From an uncultured bacterium (GTDB taxonomy: Bacteria; Krumholzibacteriota; Krumholzibacteriia; LZORAL124-64-63), in contig CAVSGO010000003.1 of assembly GCA_963727525.1 (NCBI GenBank), forward strand, positions 96,001 to 160,000: 64,000 nucleotides of DNA. The letters are read 5' to 3'. A model generated the notes under the pieces. That model was not told the DNA's origin, did no database searches, and saw nothing but the letters and a program-made list of their open reading frames with translations. A program made the position numbers and the translations under genes. Positions 18,513 to 27,967 of this stretch are shown here, piece after piece; the first letter of the stretch is position 1, and each line of letters opens with the position of its first letter.

Positions 18513-19676
18513 ATGCTCGAACATTCCGGCACCGCGAGCTTCACGGACACGGCGGTGCGACCCCAGCGGGTCGCACCGCCGACTGCTTTGACCTTCGTGT
18601 CCTCGCTCACCGGCTGGGGCGGCGGCGAGAAGTGGATGCTCGACGCGGCGTGGGCCATGCAGGCGCGCGGCCATCGGGTGACGCTGGTGGCCCGGCCGGG
18701 TAGCGTGCTCGGGCAACGGGCGCAGGCGGCGGGCGTGACGGTGGACGCCGTGCGGCTCGGCGGCTGGCTCGATCCCGGCACCCTCTGGTCCCTGCACCGC
18801 GTGATCCGCCGGGCGTGCACGCAGACCCTCTGCGTCAACCTCGACAAGGAGATCCGCCAGGGCATCCTGGCAGGCCTCGGCAGCCGCGTCCGCCTGGTGG
18901 CGCGCCGCGGCTCGCCCGACGTCATCAAGAACACCTGGCACTACCGGCTGGTCTACCAGCACGGTGTCGACCGCCTCATCTGCAACTGCGCCTCGCTCGC
19001 TGCGCAGGTATGCGCGCCGGTCCCCTGGTTCGATCGGGCGAAGATCCGCGTCATCCCCAACGGCGTGGATATCGCGGCTCTCGCGGCGGCGGCCGGCGAT
19101 CGCGCGGCCACACGCGCCGCACTGGGCGTGCGCGACGATCAGCGCGTGGTGAGCTGCGTGGGCGAGGTGGGCTGGCGCAAGGGGCAGGAGATCGTGCTCG
19201 CCACGGCGGCGCGCCTCGCGAAGTCGCATCCCGACGCGGTCTTCCTCATCGCCGGCGAGGGCGACGGACGCGAGGCTCTCACGGAGCGTGCCCGCCGCGA
19301 GGGCCTGTGCGACGGCGGACGGGTCCGTGTCCTCGGCTTCCGCGAGGACGTGCCGCAACTCCTGCACGCGAGCGACGTGCTCGTGCTGCCGAGCCGCCGT
19401 GAGGGTTTCCCGAACACCTTGCTCGAGGGCATGGCGCTGGGGCTGCCGGTGGTGGCCACGCGCGCCGACGGTATCCCCGAGCTGGTCGTGGACGGCGAGA
19501 CCGGCGCCCTGGTGGCCATCGACGACGAGCCCGCCTTCACGGCGGCCTTGGCGCGTCTGCTCGACGACGCCGCGCTGCGACGCCGGTGGGGCGACGCCGG
19601 CCACGCGCGTGCCCGCGCCGACTTCGCCCAGGCCCGCGTCATGGACCTCGTCGAGGACTGCCTCTGCCGCTGGTGA
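18513..19676 (+). CDS. GT4-family glycosyltransferase
   Basis: WGGGEK, VIPNGVD, KGQ, DVLVLPSRREGFPNTLLEGMALGLPVV. Confidence 0.92.
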   Translation: MLEHSGTASFTDTAVRPQRVAPPTALTFVSSLTGWGGGEKWMLDAAWAMQARGHRVTLVARPGSVLGQRAQAAGVTVDAVRLGGWLDPGTLWSLHRVIRRACTQTLCVNLDKEIRQGILAGLGSRVRLVARRGSPDVIKNTWHYRLVYQHGVDRLICNCASLAAQVCAPVPWFDRAKIRVIPNGVDIAALAAAAGDRAATRAALGVRDDQRVVSCVGEVGWRKGQEIVLATAARLAKSHPDAVFLIAGEGDGREALTERARREGLCDGGRVRVLGFREDVPQLLHASDVLVLPSRREGFPNTLLEGMALGLPVVATRADGIPELVVDGETGALVAIDDEPAFTAALARLLDDAALRRRWGDAGHARARADFAQARVMDLVEDCLCRW

Positions 19677-19731
19677 GCGGTTGCGATGATTCCCCGGCGG
19701 CGTAATCGTGAGAGGGACGGAGGTACGCCAG

Positions 19732-20631
19732 TTGTCTCACGATCATGCCCACGACCACGCGCACGATCCCCGCGATCTCGGCCGCCGCTTCGCACTGGGC
19801 GTGGCGCTCAACGTCTGTTTCGTCGCCGTCGAGGTGGTGTACGGGCTCCTAGCCGGCTCCCTCGCTCTCGTCGCCGACGCCGGCCACAACCTCTCCGACG
19901 TGGTGGGGTTGCTCCTGGCCTGGGGCGCGGTGTGGCTGGCCTCGCGGCCGCCCACGAAAACGCGAACCTACGGCTTCCGACGCACGACGATCCTCGCGTC
20001 GCTGCTCAGCGCCGTGCTCCTGCTCCTGGCCCTCGGCGTGATCGCCTGGGAAGCCGTGCGCCGCCTGCAGGCCCCGGTGCCCGTGGCCGGCGGCACGATG
20101 ATGGCGGTGGCAGCCGTCGGCGTGGGGATCAACACGGCCACCGCGCTGCTCTTCGTCGCCGGGCGCAAGACCGACCTCAACCTTCGCGGCGTCTTCCTGC
20201 ACATGGCCGCCGATGCGGCCGTGAGTCTGGGTGTGGTGATCTCCGGCCTGGCGATCCGTGCCACGGGGTCGCTCTGGATCGATCCCGCCGTCTCGCTGGC
20301 CATCGTGGCGATCATCCTGGTGGGGACGTGGAACCTGCTGCGCGAGAGTGGCCACCTCGTCATCGACGGCGTGCCCGGCCATGTCGATCTCACGGCGGTG
20401 CGTGCTTGGCTCAGGCAGCGTCCAGGTGTCGTCGCCGTTCACGATCTGCACGTCTGGGCTCTGAGCACCACCGAGACGGCCCTCACCGTCCACCTGGTGA
20501 TGCCCGACGGCCGCCCCGACGACGGCTTCCTCGCCGGGCTCGCCGAGGATCTCGCCCACGATTTCGGGATCGGCCACACGACCGTGCAAATCGAGCGCGA
20601 CGCCTCTGCCGCCTGCCCGCGCTGCGACTAG
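19732..20631 (+). CDS. Cation diffusion facilitator (CzcD/ZitB-like)
   Basis: His-rich N-terminus, SLALVADAGHNLSD, NLRGVFLHMAAD, HDLHVW, HTTVQIE. Start uncertain (19708-19732). Confidence 0.92.
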   Translation: MSHDHAHDHAHDPRDLGRRFALGVALNVCFVAVEVVYGLLAGSLALVADAGHNLSDVVGLLLAWGAVWLASRPPTKTRTYGFRRTTILASLLSAVLLLLALGVIAWEAVRRLQAPVPVAGGTMMAVAAVGVGINTATALLFVAGRKTDLNLRGVFLHMAADAAVSLGVVISGLAIRATGSLWIDPAVSLAIVAIILVGTWNLLRESGHLVIDGVPGHVDLTAVRAWLRQRPGVVAVHDLHVWALSTTETALTVHLVMPDGRPDDGFLAGLAEDLAHDFGIGHTTVQIERDASAACPRCD

Positions 20632-20675
20632 TCTTCGGGGACCAGTCTTTGGAGACTAGTCTTCAGGGACTAGTC
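20626..20675. repeat. 14-bp tandem repeat with palindromic GACTAGTC core, about 3.5 copies
   Basis: GACTAGTCTTCGGG / GACCAGTCTTTGGA / GACTAGTCTTCAGG / GACTAGTC. Confidence 0.85.
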
Positions 20676-21344
20676 GCGCGGCTCGTCGTGGAAGTCGAGC
20701 AGGTCCACAGGCATGACCACCGTTGTCGCGATGTTGCTCAGGTGCGACGAGATGCGCTTGAAGAAGCGCAGCGCCAGCACCAGGCATACCGCGTCCTGGG
20801 TGCCCAGGTCGCTGAGGGTGATGCCGCGGATGTCGTCCTCGCACTGGCGGCCGAGCCGGCGCGCCAGGTGGATCACGGAGCCCGCTTCCTCGCCGTCGCT
20901 GCTCGCGAACGCTTTGCGCGTCTGCACCACCAGGTCCGTGATCACCCGCGTGTGTCCCGACAGGTGCTGCCGGTAGAGGGCGCGGTCGGGCTGGGCGGGC
21001 ATGAGGTCGACGATCTCGTAGATGTTCTTCACATAGTCGCCGATGCGCTCCGCATCCTTGATCGCGTTCATGAAGATGAGCGCGGTGGGCACGTCGGTGC
21101 GATGGCTGGCCAGCGTCAGGTGCGAGATGATGCGCCGGCGCACGAGGCGCACGAGCTTGTTGATCTGCCGGTCCCGCGCGAAGATCTGGCTCGACGGATC
21201 CGGATCGGCCGACCCGTCCATGAGCACGCCCATCGTGTAGGCGAACATCGCGCCACCCAGGTCGAGCATCTCGTCGAACTTTTGCACGAGATTCTCGGTC
21301 CAGTCGTCCTGGCGGAAGAACTCGATCAGCGACTTGAACGACAT
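20670..21344 (-). CDS. PhoU-domain protein
   Basis: DRQINKL, KDAERIGDYVKNI and a second repeat FFKRISSHLSNIA; downstream of the Na/Pi symporter. Confidence 0.85.
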   Translation of the reverse strand: MSFKSLIEFFRQDDWTENLVQKFDEMLDLGGAMFAYTMGVLMDGSADPDPSSQIFARDRQINKLVRLVRRRIISHLTLASHRTDVPTALIFMNAIKDAERIGDYVKNIYEIVDLMPAQPDRALYRQHLSGHTRVITDLVVQTRKAFASSDGEEAGSVIHLARRLGRQCEDDIRGITLSDLGTQDAVCLVLALRFFKRISSHLSNIATTVVMPVDLLDFHDEPRD

Positions 21345-21374
21345 CGTGGCGCCTTTCCTCAGGGGTGGCCCGCG

Positions 21375-22541
21375 TCAGTGGCCGAGTACGCGCTCGATCA
21401 TCACGAAGATCAGCGGCAGGACGAAGAATACACCGATCATGTACATGATGGCCCAGGATTTCCTGCGCACCGTTCGGATCGCCAGCATCCGCGCCATGTT
21501 GATCGGAATGCGCCGTACGACGCGCACCGGGTAGATGATCAGGATACCGAGCAGGTTGAAGTTCAGGTGCACGAGCGCCACCGTGAGCGCCGCCACGTTG
21601 CCCGTGAGCGAGGCGAGCAGAGCCGTCACCGTGGTGCCCACGTTGGCGCCCAGGGTCACCGCGAACCCGCCCTCGAGCGGGATGATGCCGGCGCCGATGA
21701 GGGGTACGAGCAAGCTCGTGGTGATGGAACTGCTCTGCACCGCCGCGGTGATCGCCAGGCCGAGGGCCATCGCCGGCAAGCCCCCACGGCCCACCCACGA
21801 CACGACCGAGCCCTCGGCCCGGTTCAACACGAGACGCTTGAGCAAGCGCGTCAGGCCTGCCAGACTCAGGAACACCAGCGCCAGTGACAGGACCAGCATC
21901 ACCACGCCGGCCGCCCAGCCCGGAAGGTGTAGGCCGTCGGTGAGCATCCCCGACACGCCGTGCACGACCGGGTGCATGGCCGCCTTTACCGGGCTGTGGT
22001 ACTCGAACCCCGACGATCCTGTCAGGTGGGCGGCCATCCAGGTGGCTACGCGCTCCAGCAGATGCGTCGCCTGCTCCAGCGGGAACAGGATCAGGATCGT
22101 CATCAGGTTGAAGAAGTCGTGCATCGTGGCGCCGGCGTAGGCACGTACGAACTCACTGCGCCGGTTGATCATCGTCAGCGCCACGAGCGTATTGGTGATC
22201 GTAGTGCCCATGTTCGCGCCCATGACGATGGGCACGGCCCCGCGCACGGTCAGAGCGCCCACGGCGACCATGCCCACCACGATCGACGTCGTCGAGGAAC
22301 TGCTCTGGATCAGCGCCGTCGCCAGCAATCCGATCATCAGACCCACCACCGGATTGCTCGTGCCGGTGATGAGGGTCTCGCTGAAGCCCTTGCCGAAGAG
22401 CTTGAACGCGGCGCCGAGGAGCGCGATGGCGACGAGGAAGAGGTAGAGCAGGGCGGCGACCTGGACCACGCGTCCCAGTGCCATCAGGATGACGCGCGGG
22501 CGAGCCGTGGCGGGTGACGGGGCCGTCTTGGCGGTGACCAT
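21375..22541 (-). CDS. Na+/phosphate cotransporter (NptA/SLC34 family)
   Basis: Two QSSS repeats with GANMGTT and GANVGTT; ATMHDFFN. Confidence 0.93.
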   Translation of the reverse strand: MVTAKTAPSPATARPRVILMALGRVVQVAALLYLFLVAIALLGAAFKLFGKGFSETLITGTSNPVVGLMIGLLATALIQSSSSTTSIVVGMVAVGALTVRGAVPIVMGANMGTTITNTLVALTMINRRSEFVRAYAGATMHDFFNLMTILILFPLEQATHLLERVATWMAAHLTGSSGFEYHSPVKAAMHPVVHGVSGMLTDGLHLPGWAAGVVMLVLSLALVFLSLAGLTRLLKRLVLNRAEGSVVSWVGRGGLPAMALGLAITAAVQSSSITTSLLVPLIGAGIIPLEGGFAVTLGANVGTTVTALLASLTGNVAALTVALVHLNFNLLGILIIYPVRVVRRIPINMARMLAIRTVRRKSWAIMYMIGVFFVLPLIFVMIERVLGH

Positions 22542-22581
22542 GAGCCTCCGTGGGGTCGGGTCCGCGGCATGACCGGGCGCA

Positions 22582-22610
22582 ACGTTATGATCCTGTTAAC
22601 GGCATGTCAA
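22582..22610 (-). promoter_or_regulatory. Sigma70 promoter with Pho-box-like 11-bp direct repeats
   Basis: Minus strand TTGACA-N17-TAACGT; hexamers TTGACA, TTAACA and ATAACG at an exact 11-bp period. Confidence 0.6.
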
Positions 22611-22836
22611 AGCAACGGTCGGCCGCCTGCGGCCACGACCCGGTACCACCCGGCAATCCTTGCCGCCCGCCACGCCCGGGCGTCGCGGCCGGTGGCGCCA
22701 AACGGTATGGTGGCAAGCGATTGAGCAACCTGAAGTTGGGACTCGATCTTGCAAAGGGCCGAAAGAGCGATACGTTGGGAACCGCCGTGGGCCACGTGGC
22801 CCGGTGACGTTTCCCCGCGTCCAGGAGGCTGTCCGC

Positions 22837-23400
22837 ATGGCCATCCGCAAGGTCGCCCGCATGGGCCACCCGGTGCTGCGCGAGAAGTGCAAGCCCATCG
22901 ACCCGACCAGGATCCGCGCGCCCGAGGTGCAGCAACTGGTCAGGGACATGCTCGAGACGATGGTCGATTACGGCGGCGTCGGTCTGGCCGCGCCGCAGGT
23001 GTACGTACCGGTGCGGCTGCTGCTCGCCGGTGGCGAGGATGACGAGGAGGGTCGGTCCACCGTGCGCGTGATCATCAATCCAGAGATCACCGTGCTCGAT
23101 CCGGATCGCATCGAGGGCATGTACGAGGGCTGTCTCTCGGTTCCCGGTCTGCGCGGCTACGTGGAGCGCCCGGCGCACATCCGCGTGAAGGCGTACAACG
23201 AGAAGGCCGAGGTGCAGGAGTTCGAGCTGGAGGGCTATCCCGCCATCGTCATGCAGCACGAGTGCGACCACCTGGACGGCGTCCTCTATCTCGACCGCAT
23301 GACGGACATGAGCAAGCTGGGCTTCGAGACCGAGGTTCAGCGCTATCACGATCTCGGCGACGACGAGGACGACGAGGAAGACGAGGAAGCCGAGGACTAG
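22837..23400 (+). CDS. def: Peptide deformylase
   Basis: GVGLAAPQ, EGCLS, QHECDHLDG; AGGAGG RBS; acidic C-terminal tail. Confidence 0.96.
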   Translation: MAIRKVARMGHPVLREKCKPIDPTRIRAPEVQQLVRDMLETMVDYGGVGLAAPQVYVPVRLLLAGGEDDEEGRSTVRVIINPEITVLDPDRIEGMYEGCLSVPGLRGYVERPAHIRVKAYNEKAEVQEFELEGYPAIVMQHECDHLDGVLYLDRMTDMSKLGFETEVQRYHDLGDDEDDEEDEEAED

Positions 23401-23419
23401 CCACGCGAGGTGACACGGC

Positions 23420-23806
23420 ATGAGTGATAGGATCCTGCAAGACCTGGTGGCGGCCTTCAACCGCCGTGACTTCGGCGCCGCCGCCGGATACTCCGCCGAG
23501 GGGCTGATGCGCGCCGAGGGGCGTAGCGAGGCCTTCTGGGTGGGGCTCAACGACACCTGCGAGGGGTACCGGCACCTCAAGGCCGGGGAGCTGGACAGGG
23601 CGGAGCCGCGCCTCGTGGCCGCCATGCAGAAGCTGCGCAACTTCGGCTACATCTACGAGAACCTGGAAATCACCAGTCTGCTGGCTGGACTGCGACGCTG
23701 CTCGGAAGAGGTCCGCGCCGTGCGCGCGCAGCAGAAACGCGTCTTAGACGTGTCGTTGCTGCCCCAGATGAGCCTGGCGGCCCGGGCCCAGCAGAACGAG
23801 GTGTGA
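23420..23806 (+). CDS. Hypothetical helical protein, distant DUF309-like
   Basis: AFNRRDF...FWVGL...GYRHL..G pattern resembles DUF309; GAGGTG RBS. Confidence 0.5.
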   Translation: MSDRILQDLVAAFNRRDFGAAAGYSAEGLMRAEGRSEAFWVGLNDTCEGYRHLKAGELDRAEPRLVAAMQKLRNFGYIYENLEITSLLAGLRRCSEEVRAVRAQQKRVLDVSLLPQMSLAARAQQNEV

Positions 23807-23813
23807 TACCGCC

Positions 23814-25244
23814 GTGCGCAAGACCAAGATCGTCATCACGGTGGGGCCGGCGAGTCGCGAGGCCGGGACGATCGAGCGTCTCATCGAGGCCGGCGTCGAC
23901 GTCTTCCGCCTGAATTTTTCTCACGGCACGCAGGACGAACATGCCGAGGTCATCGCGCGTGTGCGCTCGGCGGCCGCGCACTGCCACCGTCCCGTGGCCA
24001 TTCTGCAGGACCTCGCCGGGCCCAAGATCCGGACCGGCCCCATCGCCGGCGATCCGGTCACCCTGAGCGAGGGACAGACGATCACGCTCACCAACCGCGA
24101 CGTGCCGGGCGACGCGAGCGAGGTCGGTCTCACCTGGCCCGATCTGCCGCGCAACGTGCAGGCCGGCGATACCCTGATGCTGGCCGACGGCGCCCTCCAG
24201 CTCCGCGTGGAGGCCACCACCGATCGCGACGTGCGCTGCACCGTGGTCGTGGGCGGTGAGCTTGGCTCGCACAAGGGCATCAACCTGCCTGGCCGCTCGC
24301 TGAACGTGCCCATCCTCACGGCCAAGGACCGCGACGACCTGAGCTTCGGGCTGCGCGAGGGCGTCGATCTCATCGCCGCCAGCTTCGTGCGCACGGCGCA
24401 CGACGTGCGTACCGTCCTGGCGGCCATCGCCGAGGGTGGCCAGTCCACGCCGCTCATCGCCAAGATCGAGAAGTTCGAGGCCCTCGAGGCCATCGACGAG
24501 ATCCTTGCCCTCGTGCACGGCATCATGGTGGCGCGCGGCGACCTGGGCGTGGAGATTCCCATCGAGAAGGTGCCGGGCGCCCAGAAGCACCTCATCGCCG
24601 CGGCCAATCGCGCCGGCAAGCCGGTGATCACGGCCACGCAGATGCTCAAGTCGATGGTCACGGCCGCGCGTCCCACGCGAGCCGAGGTCACGGACGTGGC
24701 CAACGCCATCCTCGATGGCACCGACGCGATCATGCTCTCCGAGGAGACCGCCATCGGCGAACACCCCGTCCTGGTGGTGCAAACGATGGCCCGCATCGCC
24801 GCCGAGGTGGAAAAGGGGTTCCCGCACGCACTGTGGTTGCACGACCTCGCGCCGGGCACGACGAGCCCGGCGTTCTCGTATCCCGAGGCCGTGGCCCGCG
24901 CCGCTTGCGAGATGGCCCGCGACATCGGCGCCGCGGCCATCATCACCTGCACGCAGAGTGGGAGCACCACGCAGAAGGTGGCCAGTTACCGTCCTGCGCA
25001 ACACCTTCTGGCCATGACACCGGCCGAGGTCACGCGCCGCCAGCTCGCCCTGGTCTGGGGCGCCGTGCCCCTCGAGCTGGATGCGGTCGACGACTTCGAG
25101 ACGATGGAACGCCTCGCGATCGCTTGCGCGCTGCGCGACGGCCTGGTGCAGCCGGGTCAGCCGGTGGTGCTGGTGGCGGGATTGCCGCTGAAGACACGCG
25201 GCGTGACCAATCTCATCAAGGTGTGTACGGCCGAGTGGTCTTGA
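23814..25244 (+). CDS. pyk: Pyruvate kinase
   Basis: RKTKIV, FRLNFSHG, DLAGPKIR, IAKIE, GIMVARGDLG, ATQML, DGTDAIMLS. Confidence 0.97.
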   Translation: MRKTKIVITVGPASREAGTIERLIEAGVDVFRLNFSHGTQDEHAEVIARVRSAAAHCHRPVAILQDLAGPKIRTGPIAGDPVTLSEGQTITLTNRDVPGDASEVGLTWPDLPRNVQAGDTLMLADGALQLRVEATTDRDVRCTVVVGGELGSHKGINLPGRSLNVPILTAKDRDDLSFGLREGVDLIAASFVRTAHDVRTVLAAIAEGGQSTPLIAKIEKFEALEAIDEILALVHGIMVARGDLGVEIPIEKVPGAQKHLIAAANRAGKPVITATQMLKSMVTAARPTRAEVTDVANAILDGTDAIMLSEETAIGEHPVLVVQTMARIAAEVEKGFPHALWLHDLAPGTTSPAFSYPEAVARAACEMARDIGAAAIITCTQSGSTTQKVASYRPAQHLLAMTPAEVTRRQLALVWGAVPLELDAVDDFETMERLAIACALRDGLVQPGQPVVLVAGLPLKTRGVTNLIKVCTAEWS

Positions 25245-25247
25245 GGC

Positions 25248-25415
25248 TCACTGCTCCGCGTTCGCGCTCGCGCTCACCGCTGATGTCTGACGCGCCGTGA
25301 GATTCCCGCGGGAGCAGCCGCGCACCGGGATCATCGCGAGCACCGTCACCAGCAGGACGACGACGACCAGGCGAACCCATGTCGACGCACCGGCCATGGC
25401 GAGCAAGCGATTCAA
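25248..25415 (-). CDS. Small membrane/secreted peptide (about 55 aa, below the ORF-track cutoff)
   Basis: AGGGAG then TTG: MNRLLAMAGASTWVRLVVVVLLVTVLAMIPVRGCSRGNLTARQTSAVSASANAEQ; in-frame ATG alternative at 25397. Confidence 0.45.
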   Translation of the reverse strand: MNRLLAMAGASTWVRLVVVVLLVTVLAMIPVRGCSRGNLTARQTSAVSASANAEQ

Positions 25416-25515
25416 GTATGGCTCCCTGAATAACGTGTCGCAAATCGTCCAAAGTATTGACCGATCGTACCATGGATCCCACCAAGGGTCAATCGTCGCG
25501 ATGCGTCAGGATGCG

Positions 25516-26589
25516 TCACGATTCGTCAGGATGCGCCACCGCGGGCAGCACGCTCTTGAAGGCCTCCCCGTAGATCTCCCAGATCGTCACGAAGAGGGCC
25601 GCCACCACCGGCCCGATGATGAAGCCGAGCGCGCCGAAGAGGGTTAGCCCGCCCAGGGTGGCCAGAAATACCAGCAGATCGGGCATCTCGGTGTCGTGTC
25701 CCACGAGGCGCGGACGCAGCACGTTGTCCACCATGCCCACGACCAGCGAGAAGTAGAGTGCCAGCGCCACCGCCGTCACCCAGTGGCCGCCCATGGCCAG
25801 GATCACCACCGCCGGCACCCACACCAGCGCCGTGCCCAGCCCCGGAATCACTGACAGCACCACCATGAGCGCACCCCAGAACAGGGCGCTGTCGAGGCCG
25901 GCGACCCAGAACCCGAGTCCGCCCAGCGTACCCTGCACGATCCCTATCACCGCCGTACCCTTGAGCGTGGCCCGCGTCACGCTGGTGAACTTGGCCAGCA
26001 TGCGCCGCTCGTCCGTTTCCTCGAGCGGCAGGTAGTAGACGATGAGGTCGAGCAGCTTGCCTCCATCGAGCAGGAAGAAGTAGAGCGCGTAGGTCATCAC
26101 GAAGAACAGGAAGATGAACTCCACCGTACCCTTGGTGGCCGCCGACAGGCTGTTCACGAGGAACGTGCTCACGCTGCCCGCAAGCTGACCCGCCTTGAGC
26201 AGCAGCTCGGCGCGATAGGGCGCCAGCTTGTCGTAAAACGGCAGCTCCTGCAGGCGGTTGCTCAGCGCATCCGATTGCGAGAGCTGATCCGTCACCCACG
26301 GGCCCACCGAGTTGCCCACCTTCACCGCCTGCGCCGTCACCAGACCGGCCAGACCACCGAGGGGCACCACCACGAGCACGATCAGGATCGTCACCGTCAA
26401 GACGGCGGCGAGCTTCCGCCGGCCGCGCACGGTTCGGGTGAGCACGCGAAAGAGCCTGCCCAGGAGTCCGGCCAGGATGGCCGCCATGAGCAGGGCCATG
26501 AGGAAGCCCTTGATCATGGCCACGAACACGATCGAGATGAACACCACGAGCAGCAGCAGGACGATCAGGCTGACGGTCTCTCGTTTCAT
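25516..26589 (-). CDS. AI-2E family transporter
   Basis: [47 protein letters not shown]. Confidence 0.92.
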   Translation of the reverse strand: MKRETVSLIVLLLLVVFISIVFVAMIKGFLMALLMAAILAGLLGRLFRVLTRTVRGRRKLAAVLTVTILIVLVVVPLGGLAGLVTAQAVKVGNSVGPWVTDQLSQSDALSNRLQELPFYDKLAPYRAELLLKAGQLAGSVSTFLVNSLSAATKGTVEFIFLFFVMTYALYFFLLDGGKLLDLIVYYLPLEETDERRMLAKFTSVTRATLKGTAVIGIVQGTLGGLGFWVAGLDSALFWGALMVVLSVIPGLGTALVWVPAVVILAMGGHWVTAVALALYFSLVVGMVDNVLRPRLVGHDTEMPDLLVFLATLGGLTLFGALGFIIGPVVAALFVTIWEIYGEAFKSVLPAVAHPDES

Positions 26590-26801
26590 GCTCCCTGCTC
26601 CACGGTTCGCGGGGGGACGACGCTGGGTGCTGGAATGGTATCGCAGGACCTGCGGGAGGGAAAGCCGTTCCGGCTTCTGCTGGCGATTCCGCCCGCGAAT
26701 ACCTAGACTTGGCCCCACTGGACCTGGCCAAGTTGCCTCTGGCCGCTGTTGCCGCAGGCCTCGGCCGCGCCACCGATCAAGCGAAATCGAAGGGAGCCCC
26801 C

Positions 26802-27329
26802 GTGGCCATCACCGCCACCATCGAGACCAGCAAGGGTCCCATCCATCTTGAACTTTTCGCCGACGACGCTCCCGTCACCGTCGCCAGTTTCTGCAACCTG
26901 GCGCGCCGCGGTTTCTATGACGGACTGGCCTTCCACCGCGTCATCCCGGACTTCATGATCCAGGGCGGCTGCCCCAAGGGCAACGGCACGGGCGGGCCCG
27001 GCTACCAGTTCGAGGACGAGACCACGCCGGCCCGGTGCCACGACGGCCCCGGCGTGCTCTCCATGGCCAACGCCGGCCCCGGCACCAATGGCAGCCAGTT
27101 CTTCATCACCCACGTGCCCACCGCCTGGCTGGACGGCAAGCACACCGTCTTCGGCCACGTGACGTCCGCCGACGACCAGGCCGTCGTCGATGCCGTCGCC
27201 TCGGGCGACACGATCACGTCGATCACCGTGGAGGGCGACGTCGACACCCTGCTCGACGCGCAGAAGAAGCACGTGGAGAAGTGGAACAAGACGCTGACCG
27301 ACCGTTTCCCGAAACTGCGTCCCGCCTGA
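26802..27329 (+). CDS. Cyclophilin-type peptidyl-prolyl isomerase
   Basis: [47 protein letters not shown]. Confidence 0.96.
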   Translation: MAITATIETSKGPIHLELFADDAPVTVASFCNLARRGFYDGLAFHRVIPDFMIQGGCPKGNGTGGPGYQFEDETTPARCHDGPGVLSMANAGPGTNGSQFFITHVPTAWLDGKHTVFGHVTSADDQAVVDAVASGDTITSITVEGDVDTLLDAQKKHVEKWNKTLTDRFPKLRPA

Positions 27330-27364
27330 ATGGGCGCCGCCTCTCAAGTCAAGGAGTCGTGACC

Positions 27365-27865
27365 ATGGCCCAGTTCACGTTCAAGGGCAACCCGTTCCAC
27401 ACCACCGGCGAGTTGCCGAGGGTCGGCAGCCAGGCCCCGGCGTTCTCGCTGGTCGGCAAGGACCTCGCCGACGTCACCCTCGACGGCCTCAAGGGCCGCA
27501 AGGTCGTGCTCAACATCTTCCCGAGCCTCGACACGGCGGTGTGTGCAGCCAGCGTGCGCCACTTCAACGAGGCCGCAGCCAAGCACCCCGACACCACGGT
27601 CGTGTGCGTGTCCATGGACCTGCCGTTCGCGGCCGGTCGCTTCTGCTCGGCCGAGGGCATCGAGCATGTACTCACGGGATCCGACTTCCGCACCGGCGAC
27701 TTCTCCCGCGCCTACGGTGTGCGCATCACCGACGGTCCGCTGGTCGGACTGATGGCGCGTTCCGTGGTGGTCATTGACACGGGTGGAAAGGTTCTGTATA
27801 ACCAGCTCGTACCCGAGACGGTAGAGGAACCGGATTACGATGCGGCCCTCGCCCATCTCGGGTAG
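27365..27865 (+). CDS. tpx: Thiol peroxidase
   Basis: TFKGNP, NIFPSLDTAVCA, SMDLPFA..RFC; AAGGAG RBS. Confidence 0.95.
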   Translation: MAQFTFKGNPFHTTGELPRVGSQAPAFSLVGKDLADVTLDGLKGRKVVLNIFPSLDTAVCAASVRHFNEAAAKHPDTTVVCVSMDLPFAAGRFCSAEGIEHVLTGSDFRTGDFSRAYGVRITDGPLVGLMARSVVVIDTGGKVLYNQLVPETVEEPDYDAALAHLG

Positions 27866-27899
27866 GCCATGCGCCACAGGGCGTGATGGACAACTTCGG

Positions 27900-27937
27900 A
27901 AGGGACGGGAGCGAAGGATCGCAACCGTCCCTTTTTT
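27900..27937 (+). terminator. Intrinsic terminator after tpx
   Basis: AGGGACGG...CCGTCCCT stem followed by a T-run. Confidence 0.8.
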
Positions 27938-27967
27938 CGGTATGGCACATCCCAACGAAGTCGGCCG

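Noticed and set aside
20626..20675. Possible mini-CRISPR array
   Set aside because: The period is only 14 bp, there are no unique spacers, and no cas genes are in the window.
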